Positions 23,850 to 36,217 of a stretch of DNA of 64,000 nt are shown here, piece by piece (within the stretch, counting starts at the first letter, position 1; every line of letters begins with the position of its first letter). The position numbers and the translations under genes are program-made. The DNA is taken from NCBI GenBank assembly GCA_030704615.1, contig CM060734.1, forward strand, positions 21,514,001 to 21,578,000, read 5' to 3'. The notes beneath the pieces were generated by a model that saw only the letters and a program-made list of their open reading frames with translations, had not been told where the DNA came from and did no database searches. The stretch is from Takakia lepidozioides (lineage: Eukaryota; Plantae; Bryophyta).

Positions 23850-26800
23850 TTAGAACACCGGATCCACGCTGGATACACCTACGGCTGGGCAGTAAAAAGT
23901 CAGGGGATAGGTAGCCGTGTGAAGTGTCATTGCTTCGGCATAAACATAAAGCAGAAAATTGGAAAGGGGGCTGTCGAAAACAGACTCGCCAGAAATGACT
24001 ATATCTCCTGAAGATCCACCGCTGCCTTTCCTGAAAGACAGCCTGAAAAAGTTATTACTGTAACTTTGATGTTATTGAGAAATTGAGTATGGCTCCCAAA
24101 GAGGGTTTAGCACTTACTCACATGAAAAGTCGTTGTCGACCTGCTTATCTTCGGGATCGTCATCATTTCGAATTTGAATCCGATCAGTCTGTGTGCCTGA
24201 AGTGGAGCCAGACAAAAGGGGGAGGAGCACTGTGTTGTAGAGGTCAGAATCACCCTCCATGCCAAAAAGGCTTCTTCCGCCTGCATGCATGGTAAGTTGC
24301 TCCTGCACCAGACAGGAGGACATGAACAGTCTGGTGGGGGGGATTTAAGCAGATGAAACTGTTGAAAGAAAACCAATTCGGAAGGGAAAGAACGAACCTG
24401 TGGACACAGAAAGATCGACCACCCGTGCAGAGTGGTGGCTGCATGACTCCAGCAGTATTTGCATGAACGCTGGGGACTTTTCCTTTGCACCTCTCCATGG
24501 AGTGCCATCTGGTCTCTTCAGAGTCTGACTAGACTGCATGAAGTTGTACAAAATGTCATCGACATGGGGCTCATAGGGGGGGTTGACGAAACAACCCTGG
24601 TCAGAAATCTCAAAGCTGCGGATGGAGGATGGTGTCTTGGAGGTGCGAATCCTGCGCAGGCAGATCGCCTCGAACATCCTTGTCTGCCAAAGATAGCAGG
24701 TTAGTGTGGTAAACACAATCTATAGTGGAAGTGTGTACATCGGCTATTCAGGACTCAGACACAAAAAAATCATTTTTATCACGAATCGGTGATGATCGGT
24801 GTCGATCATAACAGATTTTACTAGAGTGGAGCTGCAGAGAACATTGAAACTCATCATGAAAGCACAAGCAAAAGGGAGACGGCATACTAGCTGACCAGGG
24901 AAACCCCCTTTCACAAGGTAGAGGCTGTTCACACAATTCCAAGTGCGCAAAACTTCAAACCCTGAAGACTTGAGGTATGATGCCAATGCCCGACGACTAT
25001 CATTGTCACATGACTGAAAAAGCAGAAGTGTCCCTGCATCAGAGAGGAAGTTATTACAGAACCCGAACACCCAACTCCAGTAGTTGTTTTCAAAGAACGA
25101 GACTGAAATACTACCAACGAAACTTTCAGAGAAAAAAGAAAGAAACTGGAATTCTCACCAGATTGAGGAATGAGATTATATTGTCCCAGGTAGGCGAAGG
25201 CACCCCAGTGTATCCTCTCTTTCGACTTTGCATCATCGACAACCAACCCTCATTAACAATTTTCATCTCTCCTGCCGAATCAGAACGGGAAGGGTGTGGC
25301 TTGGCATCGAACACGCACTGAACAGTGCGGGTATATCTTCCAGCAGTAAAGTCCTGCCCACTCTCCATCTCCTTTTCTTTCTCCTTCCCATTGTCCTTTT
25401 CCTTCTCTTTGGACTTGTCTTTGTCCTTTGGCTTTACTGGTGAGATGGCTATGACATCAACAGCCTTGTCTTTTGGTTTGCGGCCTGCCTTCTTTTCCTT
25501 CTGCGGCATTCCCTGAGCATCAGGCTCCTTGGCAGCCAATGTTGCTATGTTTCGTTGGTACTCTTTGTCAGTCAAAGGCGCCAGCATCTCAGCGTTATTG
25601 TTCAAGTATTTCATATACTGTTCTTGAAAGGTCGTGTGCTCCGGTGGGCAGTCAAGGTACCACCCACAGTCTCTGAAGTGAGAAGGACTCCAGTCCTTCA
25701 ATATCCCTGCAGTATACATGGTTGGATTGTTTGCAGGGTCCGACCACATGTCAAGATAGTCTGGAATTCCGCTCAGGTGATTTCCTTCCATAAGCACATA
25801 TTTCATGTACCTGAAAAAAAGGAGATAAATCCCAACCCACCAAAGCACTCAGTGAGTAAGATGCAAGTAGAACAGAATGAAAGAAACATAGAATGAAATG
25901 GCTCTGAGAACTGCTCCAAGGACCTTTCAGGACCACACGACTGCTCCAGATGTGAATGTCGTCAACGCCATTCAAAACATTCCATTCAATGATACTGTAA
26001 ATACACCCTAATCCACGTGAATGCAAACTATCGTTTTGGAATGACACAGACATAGAAGTGAATGTTGTCAACGACATTCACTTTGGATTTGTGAATACAC
26101 TCCTAATCAAGCCTAATTATTCCTCAAATGAAGCAAAATCAAAGGATGGAAATCATAAACTCGAGTAAGGAACCCTCCCGGAAAACTCAATGCACATTCA
26201 TAACAAACATATCACTGAGGACCTCACAACAACACTGTATGTGAATGACGTCAACGCCATTCACAAAAATACCAACAAGGAACCAATTACTTAGCTCCCA
26301 ATCCATGTAAATTCAAATTGTCGCTGGTGAAGAATACAGACACAGAAGTGAATGTCGTCAACGACATTCACTTTGGATTTCTCATATCAGAGCTTATCAA
26401 GCCTCCAGATTCCTCGCAAGAGGCAAAAACAATGCAGAACAACTGAATGTCTGCATTGACATTCAACAAAATAAAGTGAGGAACCCTCACTGTAAACTCT
26501 ATGGACATTACAAAAATTTACATAATTCTGAGGACCTCTCAACAACTCCGGATGTGAATGTCGTCAACGCCATTCAAGTACATTATCAATTCTAATCAGG
26601 GACACTATAATTACACCCTTAGATCCTAACCAGGTGAATTCATATACTCGCTTAAGAATGACTCAGACAAAGAAGTGAATGTCGTCAACGACATTCAATC
26701 TGGATCTATGATTGTAATCCTTATGAAGCCACATTTTTTCCCAAAAAAAGCAGTAGAGTTTCCAGTATGACATTGCACCTGTACACAACTCGCATCATGG

Positions 26801-26880
26801 CCCACTCTCCTCCAACCTGACTGTCAAAGTCGTTGGACCGTAAAATGTTACCATCTTTGGAGAACTCCCGGAAAAAAGGC
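23850..26880 (-). pseudogene. Amino-methyltransferase-like gene, copy B
   Basis: Same exons as A. Lacks the DIPD segment but keeps MFEAICLRR...VNPPY...EKSPAFMQILLES..VVDLSVSTG. Confidence 0.7.
25945..26700. repeat. Intronic hairpin repeats GTGAATGTC-GTCAAC-G(A/C)CATTCA
   Basis: About 7 copies near 25952, 26058, 26241, 26348, 26445, 26554 and 26675, set in longer repeated units. Confidence 0.85.
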
Positions 26881-27326
26881 CCTCAATGCCAACTACAGCA
26901 GTCTGTTGTCTACTGCTAATGCCTGACTCCCAGTATGCAATCAACTCGTCCAACTGTTCTCCACTCAAATCAGTCTGAGTTCCTTGGGAAACATAAATCG
27001 TGTCCCCTTGTGTGCACAGACTAAGAGAAGAGACCTGCCCTTCAATTACGTCCTCATTTCCCCCAGCCATGCATGGAGTACATCCACCAATTTGTCTCTC
27101 ATATAGACCAGCACAGGTTCTAGAGACAGGATTGTGGATCTTTCATGGCACACTCACACTCTAAAAATTCCATAGATTTTTAGCAGAGTCCCCAAAACAG
27201 AAACCTAGGTAGATAGGTAGATTTCCCCTTTCAGCAGTTATCCCCCCAAAAACTGGGTCAAACAGAGTCCATTTGACAAAGATATGATGAATTTGGCTCC
27301 AAATCATTCAAATTAGATTAAAAAGG

Positions 27327-27368
<42 letters not shown>

Positions 27369-28451
27369 GTTTTCAAGTTTAAAAATTCAAAGTTACACCC
27401 AAAATATCTGGTAACTGGTTCCCGGTTCCCTAAGTTCTATATGGCATCCTAGGTTCCCTGGCCACGTGCCTGCTGTTCCCCTCCATTTCATTTGAGTTCA
27501 ACAGCTCACCATGCTTTGGAATCCCAACCGTCTTCTACCACAAACCGTGGTGACGATGGAGGTCGTGAAGCGATTCTTCCCAGTGAACCCTCGAGAGACG
27601 AGTCCCCTGCGCACTTGATATACACTCTCTTAATAGAGATCAAAATCAGCAAGGAGACACCATTGACGACACCCAGAGATCAGAGACAAGTACTTGCGCA
27701 GTTCGGAGGCCACAGCATCCCCTCTGGACACTGAGCGGGAATAGCTGCTACACAGCAGCTCAGTCTATCGTCAGCTCCTATACCTACTAGCTTCCTGCCC
27801 CTGCCCCTCCTTCTTCACAACAAGATTGACTGTGGATATGCGGAGAGGTGGTCTGCCTGGGATCACCATGAAATTGCACAGATCGGGAATATCTGGTCGG
27901 CATCAGCACTATAGTGCCAGGGCACATAAACCAGATTGTAGGAACAGCCAGAGGAAATGCAGGTTATGCCAGCATCATCCAGACCATCCCTGCATCTTGG
28001 ATATGAATCCTCCAGCAGGGCCGTTGCCTCCATTGCCCGACACTTGGGTTACATGCTCAGCCAGACCTAATCAGGTCATTTCCGTGATAGATTTCAGCGG
28101 CATTCAAATCACTGGCCTCGCTATGCACTGCTGCCCTCAATCAAACATCCTGCAAAGCTGTCACACACGATGCAAAGCTGGCTGTCTTTCTCTGGCAGAT
28201 CGCACATAGAATTCTAAAGGTAGGGCGTTGGCTTCAATTCACCCGTGCACTGCTCTGCTTATGCTGCTCGCTTGGGGTTTCAGAATCTCTGGAACACTGC
28301 CTACTGCCATGCAACATACCTTCAAAAATCTGGCCCAAAATTCACTGGCTGCTCGGACACTGGCATGACCAAACCTCTTTAACTCCAATCAGCCTGCTAC
28401 TGAATTACGATCCCATCACCAAGCAAAATCTATCCCAATGCCCGTTGAGCT

Positions 28452-28951
28452 NNNNNNNNNNNNNNNNNNNNNNNNNNNNNNNNNNNNNNNNNNNNNNNNN
28501 NNNNNNNNNNNNNNNNNNNNNNNNNNNNNNNNNNNNNNNNNNNNNNNNNNNNNNNNNNNNNNNNNNNNNNNNNNNNNNNNNNNNNNNNNNNNNNNNNNNN
28601 NNNNNNNNNNNNNNNNNNNNNNNNNNNNNNNNNNNNNNNNNNNNNNNNNNNNNNNNNNNNNNNNNNNNNNNNNNNNNNNNNNNNNNNNNNNNNNNNNNNN
28701 NNNNNNNNNNNNNNNNNNNNNNNNNNNNNNNNNNNNNNNNNNNNNNNNNNNNNNNNNNNNNNNNNNNNNNNNNNNNNNNNNNNNNNNNNNNNNNNNNNNN
28801 NNNNNNNNNNNNNNNNNNNNNNNNNNNNNNNNNNNNNNNNNNNNNNNNNNNNNNNNNNNNNNNNNNNNNNNNNNNNNNNNNNNNNNNNNNNNNNNNNNNN
28901 NNNNNNNNNNNNNNNNNNNNNNNNNNNNNNNNNNNNNNNNNNNNNNNNNNN
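28452..28951. other. Assembly gap (500 N)
   Basis: Run of N. Confidence 1.
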
Positions 28952-31479
28952 CTATGGACGATTACCACGAGTTCAGGTGAGGACATGAAGCAGAGATTGA
29001 GGAGTGGAGGATGTATTGGTCACCTGACTACGTCTCCATTACTCGACGCACGACGCGACCAGTAGCTGCATCTCGGTACCAATAGTTCACTGCCAGCACT
29101 AGTAGTGGAGCAAGTAGTGCTGGTACTTCTGTAGGTGGTACAGTTCAAAAGGTGCTACTACTCCTCCTGCCACTACTAAACACATGTGCCATAGATTCAA
29201 CCGTGGTGGAGTTCTTCCAGAGTTGCGGAGGATAACCAAAGGTGTACGGACAGAGAAGCTGCGAAGTTTGCAAGACTTCAGCGCAAACCCAGTGAGAGCA
29301 TGCGAGAGGCGTACACTCGTATGAGGCGCTTGATAAGTGTGACCCAAGGGGTTACTGAAGCTCAGGCAATCCAGTTTTGGTATGGAATTCTGGACAAGGA
29401 GCTCAAGAGAAGGGTGCGAGATGCAACTTGTTACAAGCAGCCCAACTACATTAGCAGATGTGTTTCTGCTGGCTGAGCGGATTGAGCTCAACATGGTGGA
29501 GGAGCGAGTTGTCACCATTGGATTTGGCAAGGACATGCCTGCACGAGGCGCAGCTGCCAGCCCACAAGCACAAGGGTGCCAGCAGCGTGGTCAGGGGGGC
29601 AAGGTTTCCAACCCAAGTTCCATGGAGCTTACAGGGGACCTCAGGTGCAGAGGCCCGTGGCATCTTTTGCAGGCCAACAGCAACCAGGGGTGATATGTTG
29701 GACATGTGGAGGACCCCATGTCAAGAGAGATTGCCCAGAGAGTGGCAGAAGGCCGGCACAAGCACAGCCTGCACAGTTGCAGTGTGGGCATTGTGGCAAG
29801 TATGGGCATGGAGATGCCCAGTGTTATGACTTGCATCCTGAGTTGCGCCCAGGCCAGTTCCAAGGGAAAATGGTGGCCGGGGGCGAGGTGGACAACCCAG
29901 AGAGGACGAGTTGGTCGGGGCAGAGGTGCAGGCCAAGGGCAAGCTCAACATGGCCAAGGACGCGGAGGTCAGGGTGTTGATCAAGGCATGGCCAACCGGC
30001 TTCAGCAGCTAGAGCAGAGGCTCGCTGCCATGGCTATAGCTCAGGCGGTACCGGCTCCCAGGCGGGATGGTCCACCTCCTGCTCCTGAGGGAGGAGATAT
30101 GGGAGGCATGGGATTTATGTGCGGAGCAGCACTACCACTAGAGCAGGTGGAATCTGCTGCAGCCGTGACTCGAGGAGCAGCACGAGTTCCTGAGCCACGA
30201 GGTGCAGAGGTGGAATTGGATCCACAGCGTGGGGAGGCAAGCCGTCAGGCGAGGCTTCCTCAGTCATTCACATTGGCGGAGACTGTATCGACGCCATCCA
30301 TGGCACCTAGTTCTCGCCCGACTGTTCCGAGGCGGAGGTTACTATGCCATTGGGGAGAGCTACACGTGCAGCATTGACTCCTGCTGCCAAGGCTAGTGCG
30401 GCTGGTGTGTTATTGGGGGCAGCCACCTCTGTGTGTCAGGCCCCACTGTTCTCGGCAAATGATTGCCACGCCGGGGGTAAGGCCAGCTGCAAGTGTTCAG
30501 ACTAGCAGCAACACTCTGTGAGAGTGGGGAGGTCATTTCATCTTCTGCGGAGTTAGTGGAAGGTGTAGTGGCAGAGGGATCCTCGGATTTGAGGGTCAAG
30601 ACTGCCACGGCTGCGCCCTGGCAAGCTGCAGCTGCCAGGTTGACGGAGCTGCCAGCTAGGCCAGCCTTTGAGCGCGCCATGGTGACACCTGGAGTTGTCT
30701 TTGTTAGACAACCAGGGAGGCATTTTCACTTTGAGTGGACCAGCAGGCAAGAAGTACCGGCCACTGCGGGTCTTGTTGGACTCGGGAGCTCAGCCACTGA
30801 TGTTGGGCAGAGCTGCTATTGCAGGTTTGGGCCTCATGGAGGCGGATATGGAGCTTGCCTTTCCAGATACAGACATATCTGGGAGGATCAGAGCAGGCTC
30901 GGGGCATGACACGGCATCAGTTGGCCATTAGACTGCAGCCGGATCATCCTATCGATGGCTCAGTAATGCGAGCCAAGGCCATTGTGACAGACAAGTCTCT
31001 TACGATGTCCTCGTTGGTGGGGCAGTGTTATACCCATGGGCTTCACCCTGGACTTTGGGAGGAGTCAGCATCCTACATGCCTGGATGGCAGTCAGGCGAT
31101 GGTCGCCGTGCACAACTCCCTGTGACATTCAGTGGGGGTATAGCGGCTGCCCAGCGGGGCAAGATGCCAACACTAGCCGCCTTTACAGCTGCAGTTAGTT
31201 GCCTGGAGAGTTGCTGGAAGGCAATGCCCATGCAGAGGATGTGCCACCTCCAGCAGAGCAGGACGACATGCATGGTATGGCGGAGTTGCCTGCCATGGTT
31301 GCTCACACTCCATTGTGGGGTACGAGCAAGGATTTGCAGCAGGTTGCTGATCGACGGGTACAACAAGCCTGGGTAGAGGCTTTTGTTCCGTCAGGAGAGG
31401 AAGAGAGTGCGGGTATTGCACCAGGACCACCTCAGTTGTCACCATTGGATACCACACCTATTGTGTGGCAGTATCCGGA

Positions 31480-32430
31480 TGAAAGCATTTGCCTTCTGGA
31501 CTTGTTTGGCAGGATCAGCACCGGATTGGCTGCTGTGCTACAGGCAGGTGTACGAGTTCGACGTTACCTGTATGTGGAGAGGATGAGAGACTGCACGACG
31601 CGTCTCACTGCGCCATGTTGCTCAGTTGGTACAGCAACCCTGACTTGTTGCCATTGTCTGCAGTTCGTGGATTCAACAAGCCTTGCCAGCAAACATTTCT
31701 TGCTGGGGGCGCAGGATTTAGAGTAGGTTGGCTCCATTGATCTGGTAGTGGCAGGTTGGCCCTGCCAAGGGCATTCATTAGCCGGGCATGGCAATGGATT
31801 GCGAGACTCGAGGACGGGTCTGTTTTGGGAGATGGTGCGGATTTTGCGCTGCTTGCAGCTTCATCAAGCTGTATCTCCAGCATACATCTTGGAGAATGTA
31901 CCACTGATGGGTGATTCTCGGGCCAGGGTGATGGCCAGTGTGCATCAAGTCCGGTCGTGGCTTGGGTCAGTAGTGTTGCTGGATGCAGCTGCAGTGGGGT
32001 CACGGGCTCATTGTCCACGGCTTTGGTGGACTAACTTGATGCCACCCGCACTAACTCAAGCGTGCATTTGATGGGGTGCAAAGGCCAGCACACTTACCGT
32101 GGATGGCATTTTGGACACAGGGAGGCAGTCTCAACGTGTGAGACACGATGACCGTTCGCCTTTGGCAGTGGTCAACAGGGTGGGTCAACCACGAGCAGCA
32201 TTACCTACACTGCTCAGCTTCCAAGGATCCATGCTTTTCGGGATGGTGGACCTGGCCTCCTGTGGGATGCTCAGTTGCAACAGTTAGTGGAGCCTAATGC
32301 CGACGAGCGAGAGCGGGCTATGGGGTTTTCCACTGGGACCACGGCGGTGCCTTCTCTTTCTGAGGCATCACGTCGCAGGTGTTGGGGCAAGCAATGGATC
32401 TCAATTGCTTGACCTGGATTATCAGCTTGG
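31480..32430 (+). pseudogene. C5-cytosine DNA methyltransferase domain (DNMT3-like motif order) inside pol
   Basis: Motif I LLDLFGRISTG, II YVE, IV DLVVAGWPCQGHS, VI ILENV, VIII HCPRLWWTNL, IX EPNADERERAMGF, X LGQAMD; a few frameshifts and stops. Confidence 0.93.
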
Positions 32431-33878
32431 CTATGGCTGAGCAACGTAGAGTGCGGAGCGCACTTCCCTGGACGGTCTCTCTGCCTACCCGAGACGGTAC
32501 AGGCAGCGAGTGGGGGCGAGCCGGTGAGGACCACGGGGTGTAGACATCCATGGCACACGTGGGAGGTGCTCGAGGTTCAGAGGGAGTTGGCAGCCAAGCA
32601 GCTGTGATGGATGAGGTTGGGGATTCTTCTCGGGATGAGGAGGTTCTCAATGATGAGATGATGGGGCAGGATGAGGCATTGTCATTGACTGAGCAGGAAG
32701 GAAGTACTGCTCAAGAGGTTGCAGCATAGCAACCACGGGACGCGTCCTCTACCTCTAAGCCCACTGGACTTAAGGTTGCAGTCACGGAGGACAATTGGGA
32801 GCCTGACATTGGACCCATTGTCACCGGAGGAGAGAGAGACGACGTATACGGCGGTTCCTGAGGGCTTACAGGAATTGCTTTGCCTTCAGTTTGAAGGACT
32901 TGGGAGCACTGAAGGGTCAAGAGATCCGTATTGAGTTGGCCACTGACACGCCAATCTTTCGGAGACCCTATAGATACAGTGACATGGAGAGGTCTTTGAT
33001 TCAGATGAGGACTCAAGATCTCTGGGAGGCAGGTTTGGTGGAGCTCTCTGGTGGAGAGTATGCTTCAGCCACAGTGATGCCAGCTAAGAAGGATGTCTAT
33101 GGCAATTGGACGGAGAGACGTATGTGCGGTGATTACCGGCCTGTAAATCGTCAGACAAGTCCGATAGGTATGCCATGCCAACACCAGAGGAGATCTTTGA
33201 TGCCATTGGGCATTCCAAGGTCTTTAGCACGTTGGATTTACGATCCGGATATCACCAGTTGCCGATCAAGGAGGCGGATAAGCAAAAGACGGCATTCTGG
33301 GGGATCAATGAGCACGGGAAGGATTGCCTATACCAGTGGCGGTTCTTACCATTTGGGCTTAAAAACGCTCCCGCTGAGTTTCAAAAGAGTCATGGACAGG
33401 ATTCTAGCAGGGGTGGAGTTTGCTCGGTGCTACATAGATGACATCATCATCTTTAGTGCTACGGTGGAGGAGCATGAGAGACACTTCAGGGGGTATTTGA
33501 GCGCTTAAGGACGCACGGATTGAAGTTACATCCGGGCAAGTGCAAGTTTTTCCACAACCAGATTGAGTATCTGGGTCACATGATATATCTTGGAGGATTG
33601 GGGGTACAGCAGACTAAGGTAGAGTCCATTGCACAGGTTCCACGCCCCACGGATGTGAGCCGAGTTCGAGCTTTCATGGGGTTAGCAAACTATTACAGAC
33701 GGTTTGTTAAGGGATTCAGTGCCATTGCAAAGGCTCTAACCAAGCTGACCAAGGTGGACCAGGAGTGGCAGTGGGAAGATGAGCAAGAACAAGCTTTTCA
33801 AGAGCTCAAGGCGAGGTTGACCTCGGCGCCCATCTTGAGACGACCTATCAGGGGGCGTCCTTTTCAGCTGCATACAGA

Positions 33879-35575
33879 TTGGAGCATGCTGGGCTTGGAG
33901 CGGTGCTCACACAGGTGGATGATGAGGGAAGAGAGTTCGTAGTGGCTTATGCTAGCCGCTCGAACAATGCTGCAGAGTCTAAGTATAGCTCATATGAGGG
34001 AGAATGCTTAGCTGCAGTGTGGGCCGTGGCACACTTCAGGTGCTATCTATATGGCAATCTCTTCACCCTTGTCACGGATCACCAACCACTCAAGTGGTTG
34101 ATGGAGTCAGACAAGCTTACGGGGAAGCTTGCACGGTGGGCACTCATCCTTCAAGAGTATGACTTTCAGGTGGTGCATCGACCGGGTTTGGTCAATCGCA
34201 ATGCAGATGGGTTGAGTCGCAATCCATGCACGAGCCAACAGGATGACACTGGAGCTCGGTGGCATGGTGAGACGGACGAGGAGATGGTGCCCGGATGGCA
34301 TGCATCTGCATTTCTGTGTATCTTGGCAGCGGAAGGCCAGGTTGGACCTGCAACAGGGATGACTGTAGATCAAGTGTCTGAGGACCCTGAGGCCAGCAAT
34401 GAGCAAGGTAGCACCAAAGATATACATGAGGATTCAGTTGTGTTGGACTACCTCCGCACTGGAGACACGGCAGCCACTGTGACTGCCAAGGAGAGGGATC
34501 GGATCCTACAACGAGCCAAGAGGTTCAGGTGGGAGGGGACACACCTGCTCCGAGTGTGGGAAGATGGTCGAGTGAGGATTGTGCCTCACCCAACACAGCG
34601 GGCACGGTTAGTGCGCCATGCCCACGAGGAGTTGGGGCATTTTGGGGTGCATCGTACTCATAGTCTACTGCAGGGGCAGTATTGGTGGCGTGGTATGCAC
34701 ACAGAGGTGCAACAATTTGTGGCTAGGTGCATGGTGTGTGACAGGGTGCGTGCTTCATTCAACGCCCCTACTCCACAATTGCACCCTCTTCCGATCATGG
34801 GATTGGGCTACAGGTGGAGTCTTGACTTCGCAGGGCCGTTGCCACTGACCATGCGCCACAACAAGTACGTGTTGGTGATGCTGGAGCACTTCTCCAAGTG
34901 GATTGAATTGGTTCCATTGCCTGATAAGGCTAGTGAGGGAGCTGCGTATGCATTCCTGGATTGTGTGCTTAGCCAATTCGGTGCTCCAGCTGAGGTACTC
35001 ACGGACCAAGGGAGAGAGTTCTTGGGGGAGTTTCAGGCTTTGTGTGACAAAGCCTTGATAGACCACCGCACCACTTCTCGGGATCATCCTGAGGCCGATG
35101 GCTTGGCAGAGAGAGTTGTTCAGACAATAAAGAGGGGTTTGCGCAAGTATGGCTTGCAGAAGGGACACCTAGGAGATTGGGACCTTCAGTTACCCTGGTT
35201 AGCCATGGGCTACAGGTTCAGCAAGCAAGCATCACTTGCCTCCTTCTCACCATACTTTCTTCTCTTTGGCCGAGAGCCGGATTTGCCTACATCCATTCGT
35301 AGAGAAGCTGCTACAGTTCTTAACCTTGACGATCCGGACGTGTGGGCACGTGCATGTGAGCAGCGTGCAGAGTTGTTCAAGAGAGTCATGCCCATGGCTT
35401 TCGAGAACCTTGCCATTGCACAACACCGTGATACGTTGAGGTATGCTACCATACGTGGTGGGGGCTATCGTCCTGGGGTTCGGAGATTCAACCCTGGTGA
35501 CTATGTCTATCTGCAGCAGACTGCTCCTACGACCCTGGATGTGACTGCAGGACGTGTTATTTTGAGGGTTCGAAG
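33879..35575 (+). CDS. RNase H-integrase of the DNMT-Gypsy (long open frame)
   Basis: 580-aa ORF with RH, HHCC zinc finger and DDE core. Confidence 0.9.
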
Positions 35576-35714
35576 GTCTTGCCCTCAGGCGTCTTGGTCT
35601 TGGAGGGTCGGGATGGCATAACTTGGAAGGACCATGTGCGTAATTGTGCGCCATGTCACCTTCCGAACGTCGATGGCAGGATTGACCCAAACCTGGCAGT
35701 GGTATCTGCAGGTT

Positions 35715-35863
35715 TGAGGTGCATGTTGTGTGGGTCTGCTAAAGGGGCAGCCACCATGCTGGTGTGTGATCGATGCTCTAGAGGTTGGCATAGGGGATGC
35801 TTGACTCCACCTCTTGAGATGGTTCCAGATGGGGATTGGTTATGTCCACATTGCATTGGATAG
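35715..35863 (+). CDS. PHD finger at the integrase C-terminus
   Basis: CMLC..MLVCDRC..WHRGC..PPL..VPDGDWLCPHC (C4HC3). Confidence 0.93.
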
Positions 35864-36132
35864 TGGGAGTGGATACAACCATGGAAGGCTAACAAGAAAC
35901 GCAAGGCCCAGCTACTAGGAGACCTTGAACACACGAGATCCTGGCTCAAGTTCACAGATTGCAAGACGGCGACTAACGATGGGGCTACTCTTGTACCCGG
36001 CCTCTTGGTCTATAGAGTTTGAGTACAATAGGGACAGTGATAGAGGACTTAGTATGGTTGTGGCTATTTCATCTTGTAGCTATCTGGAGGTAGAGGGGTA
36101 GAGGGACAGCTATCCACCAGCTAGGGGGCGAT

Positions 36133-36217
36133 TGTGGCAGACTACTTTATTGTGCATATATGTGTGGTGTGGTTTGGACAACGATGTAGTTGTGTAGCGA
36201 TAGGTATGTGCACAACA
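36133..36217 (+). repeat. Very short putative 3' LTR (85 bp)
   Basis: TGTGG...CAACA after the PPT; both ends are homologous to the sister LTR at 50322-50592. Confidence 0.7.

Larger units (their letters stand above)
23090..26880 (-). mobile_element. Element B: second, inverted copy of the CAGGG-terminus element
   Basis: Starts CAGGGATGCCTCGGCGTGAGCCTGG; homology to A extends to ~26880 (exon ILRSNDFDSQVGGEWAMMR). Confidence 0.7.
28952..36217 (+). mobile_element. Ty3/Gypsy LTR retrotransposon: gag, PR, C5 DNA methyltransferase, RT, RH, IN, PHD (5' end at gap)
   Basis: Knuckles CWTCGGPHVKRDC and CGHCGKYGHGDAQC; PR VLLDSGAQ; RT YIDD; IN HX..H/CMVC, LDFAGP, TDQGREF, GLAER; PPT AGCTAGGGGGCGAT then a short LTR. 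Confidence 0.93.

Noticed and set aside
27420-27460. GTTCCCTG as the far TIR of element B
   Set aside because: Only CAGGGA matches, and the flank GCCACGTG does not match TTGACAGC.
27780-28450. LINE 3' region or remainder of the hAT transposase
   Set aside because: No diagnostic motif could be read.
28405-29065. Long ORFs of X residues
   Set aside because: Artefacts of the N gap.
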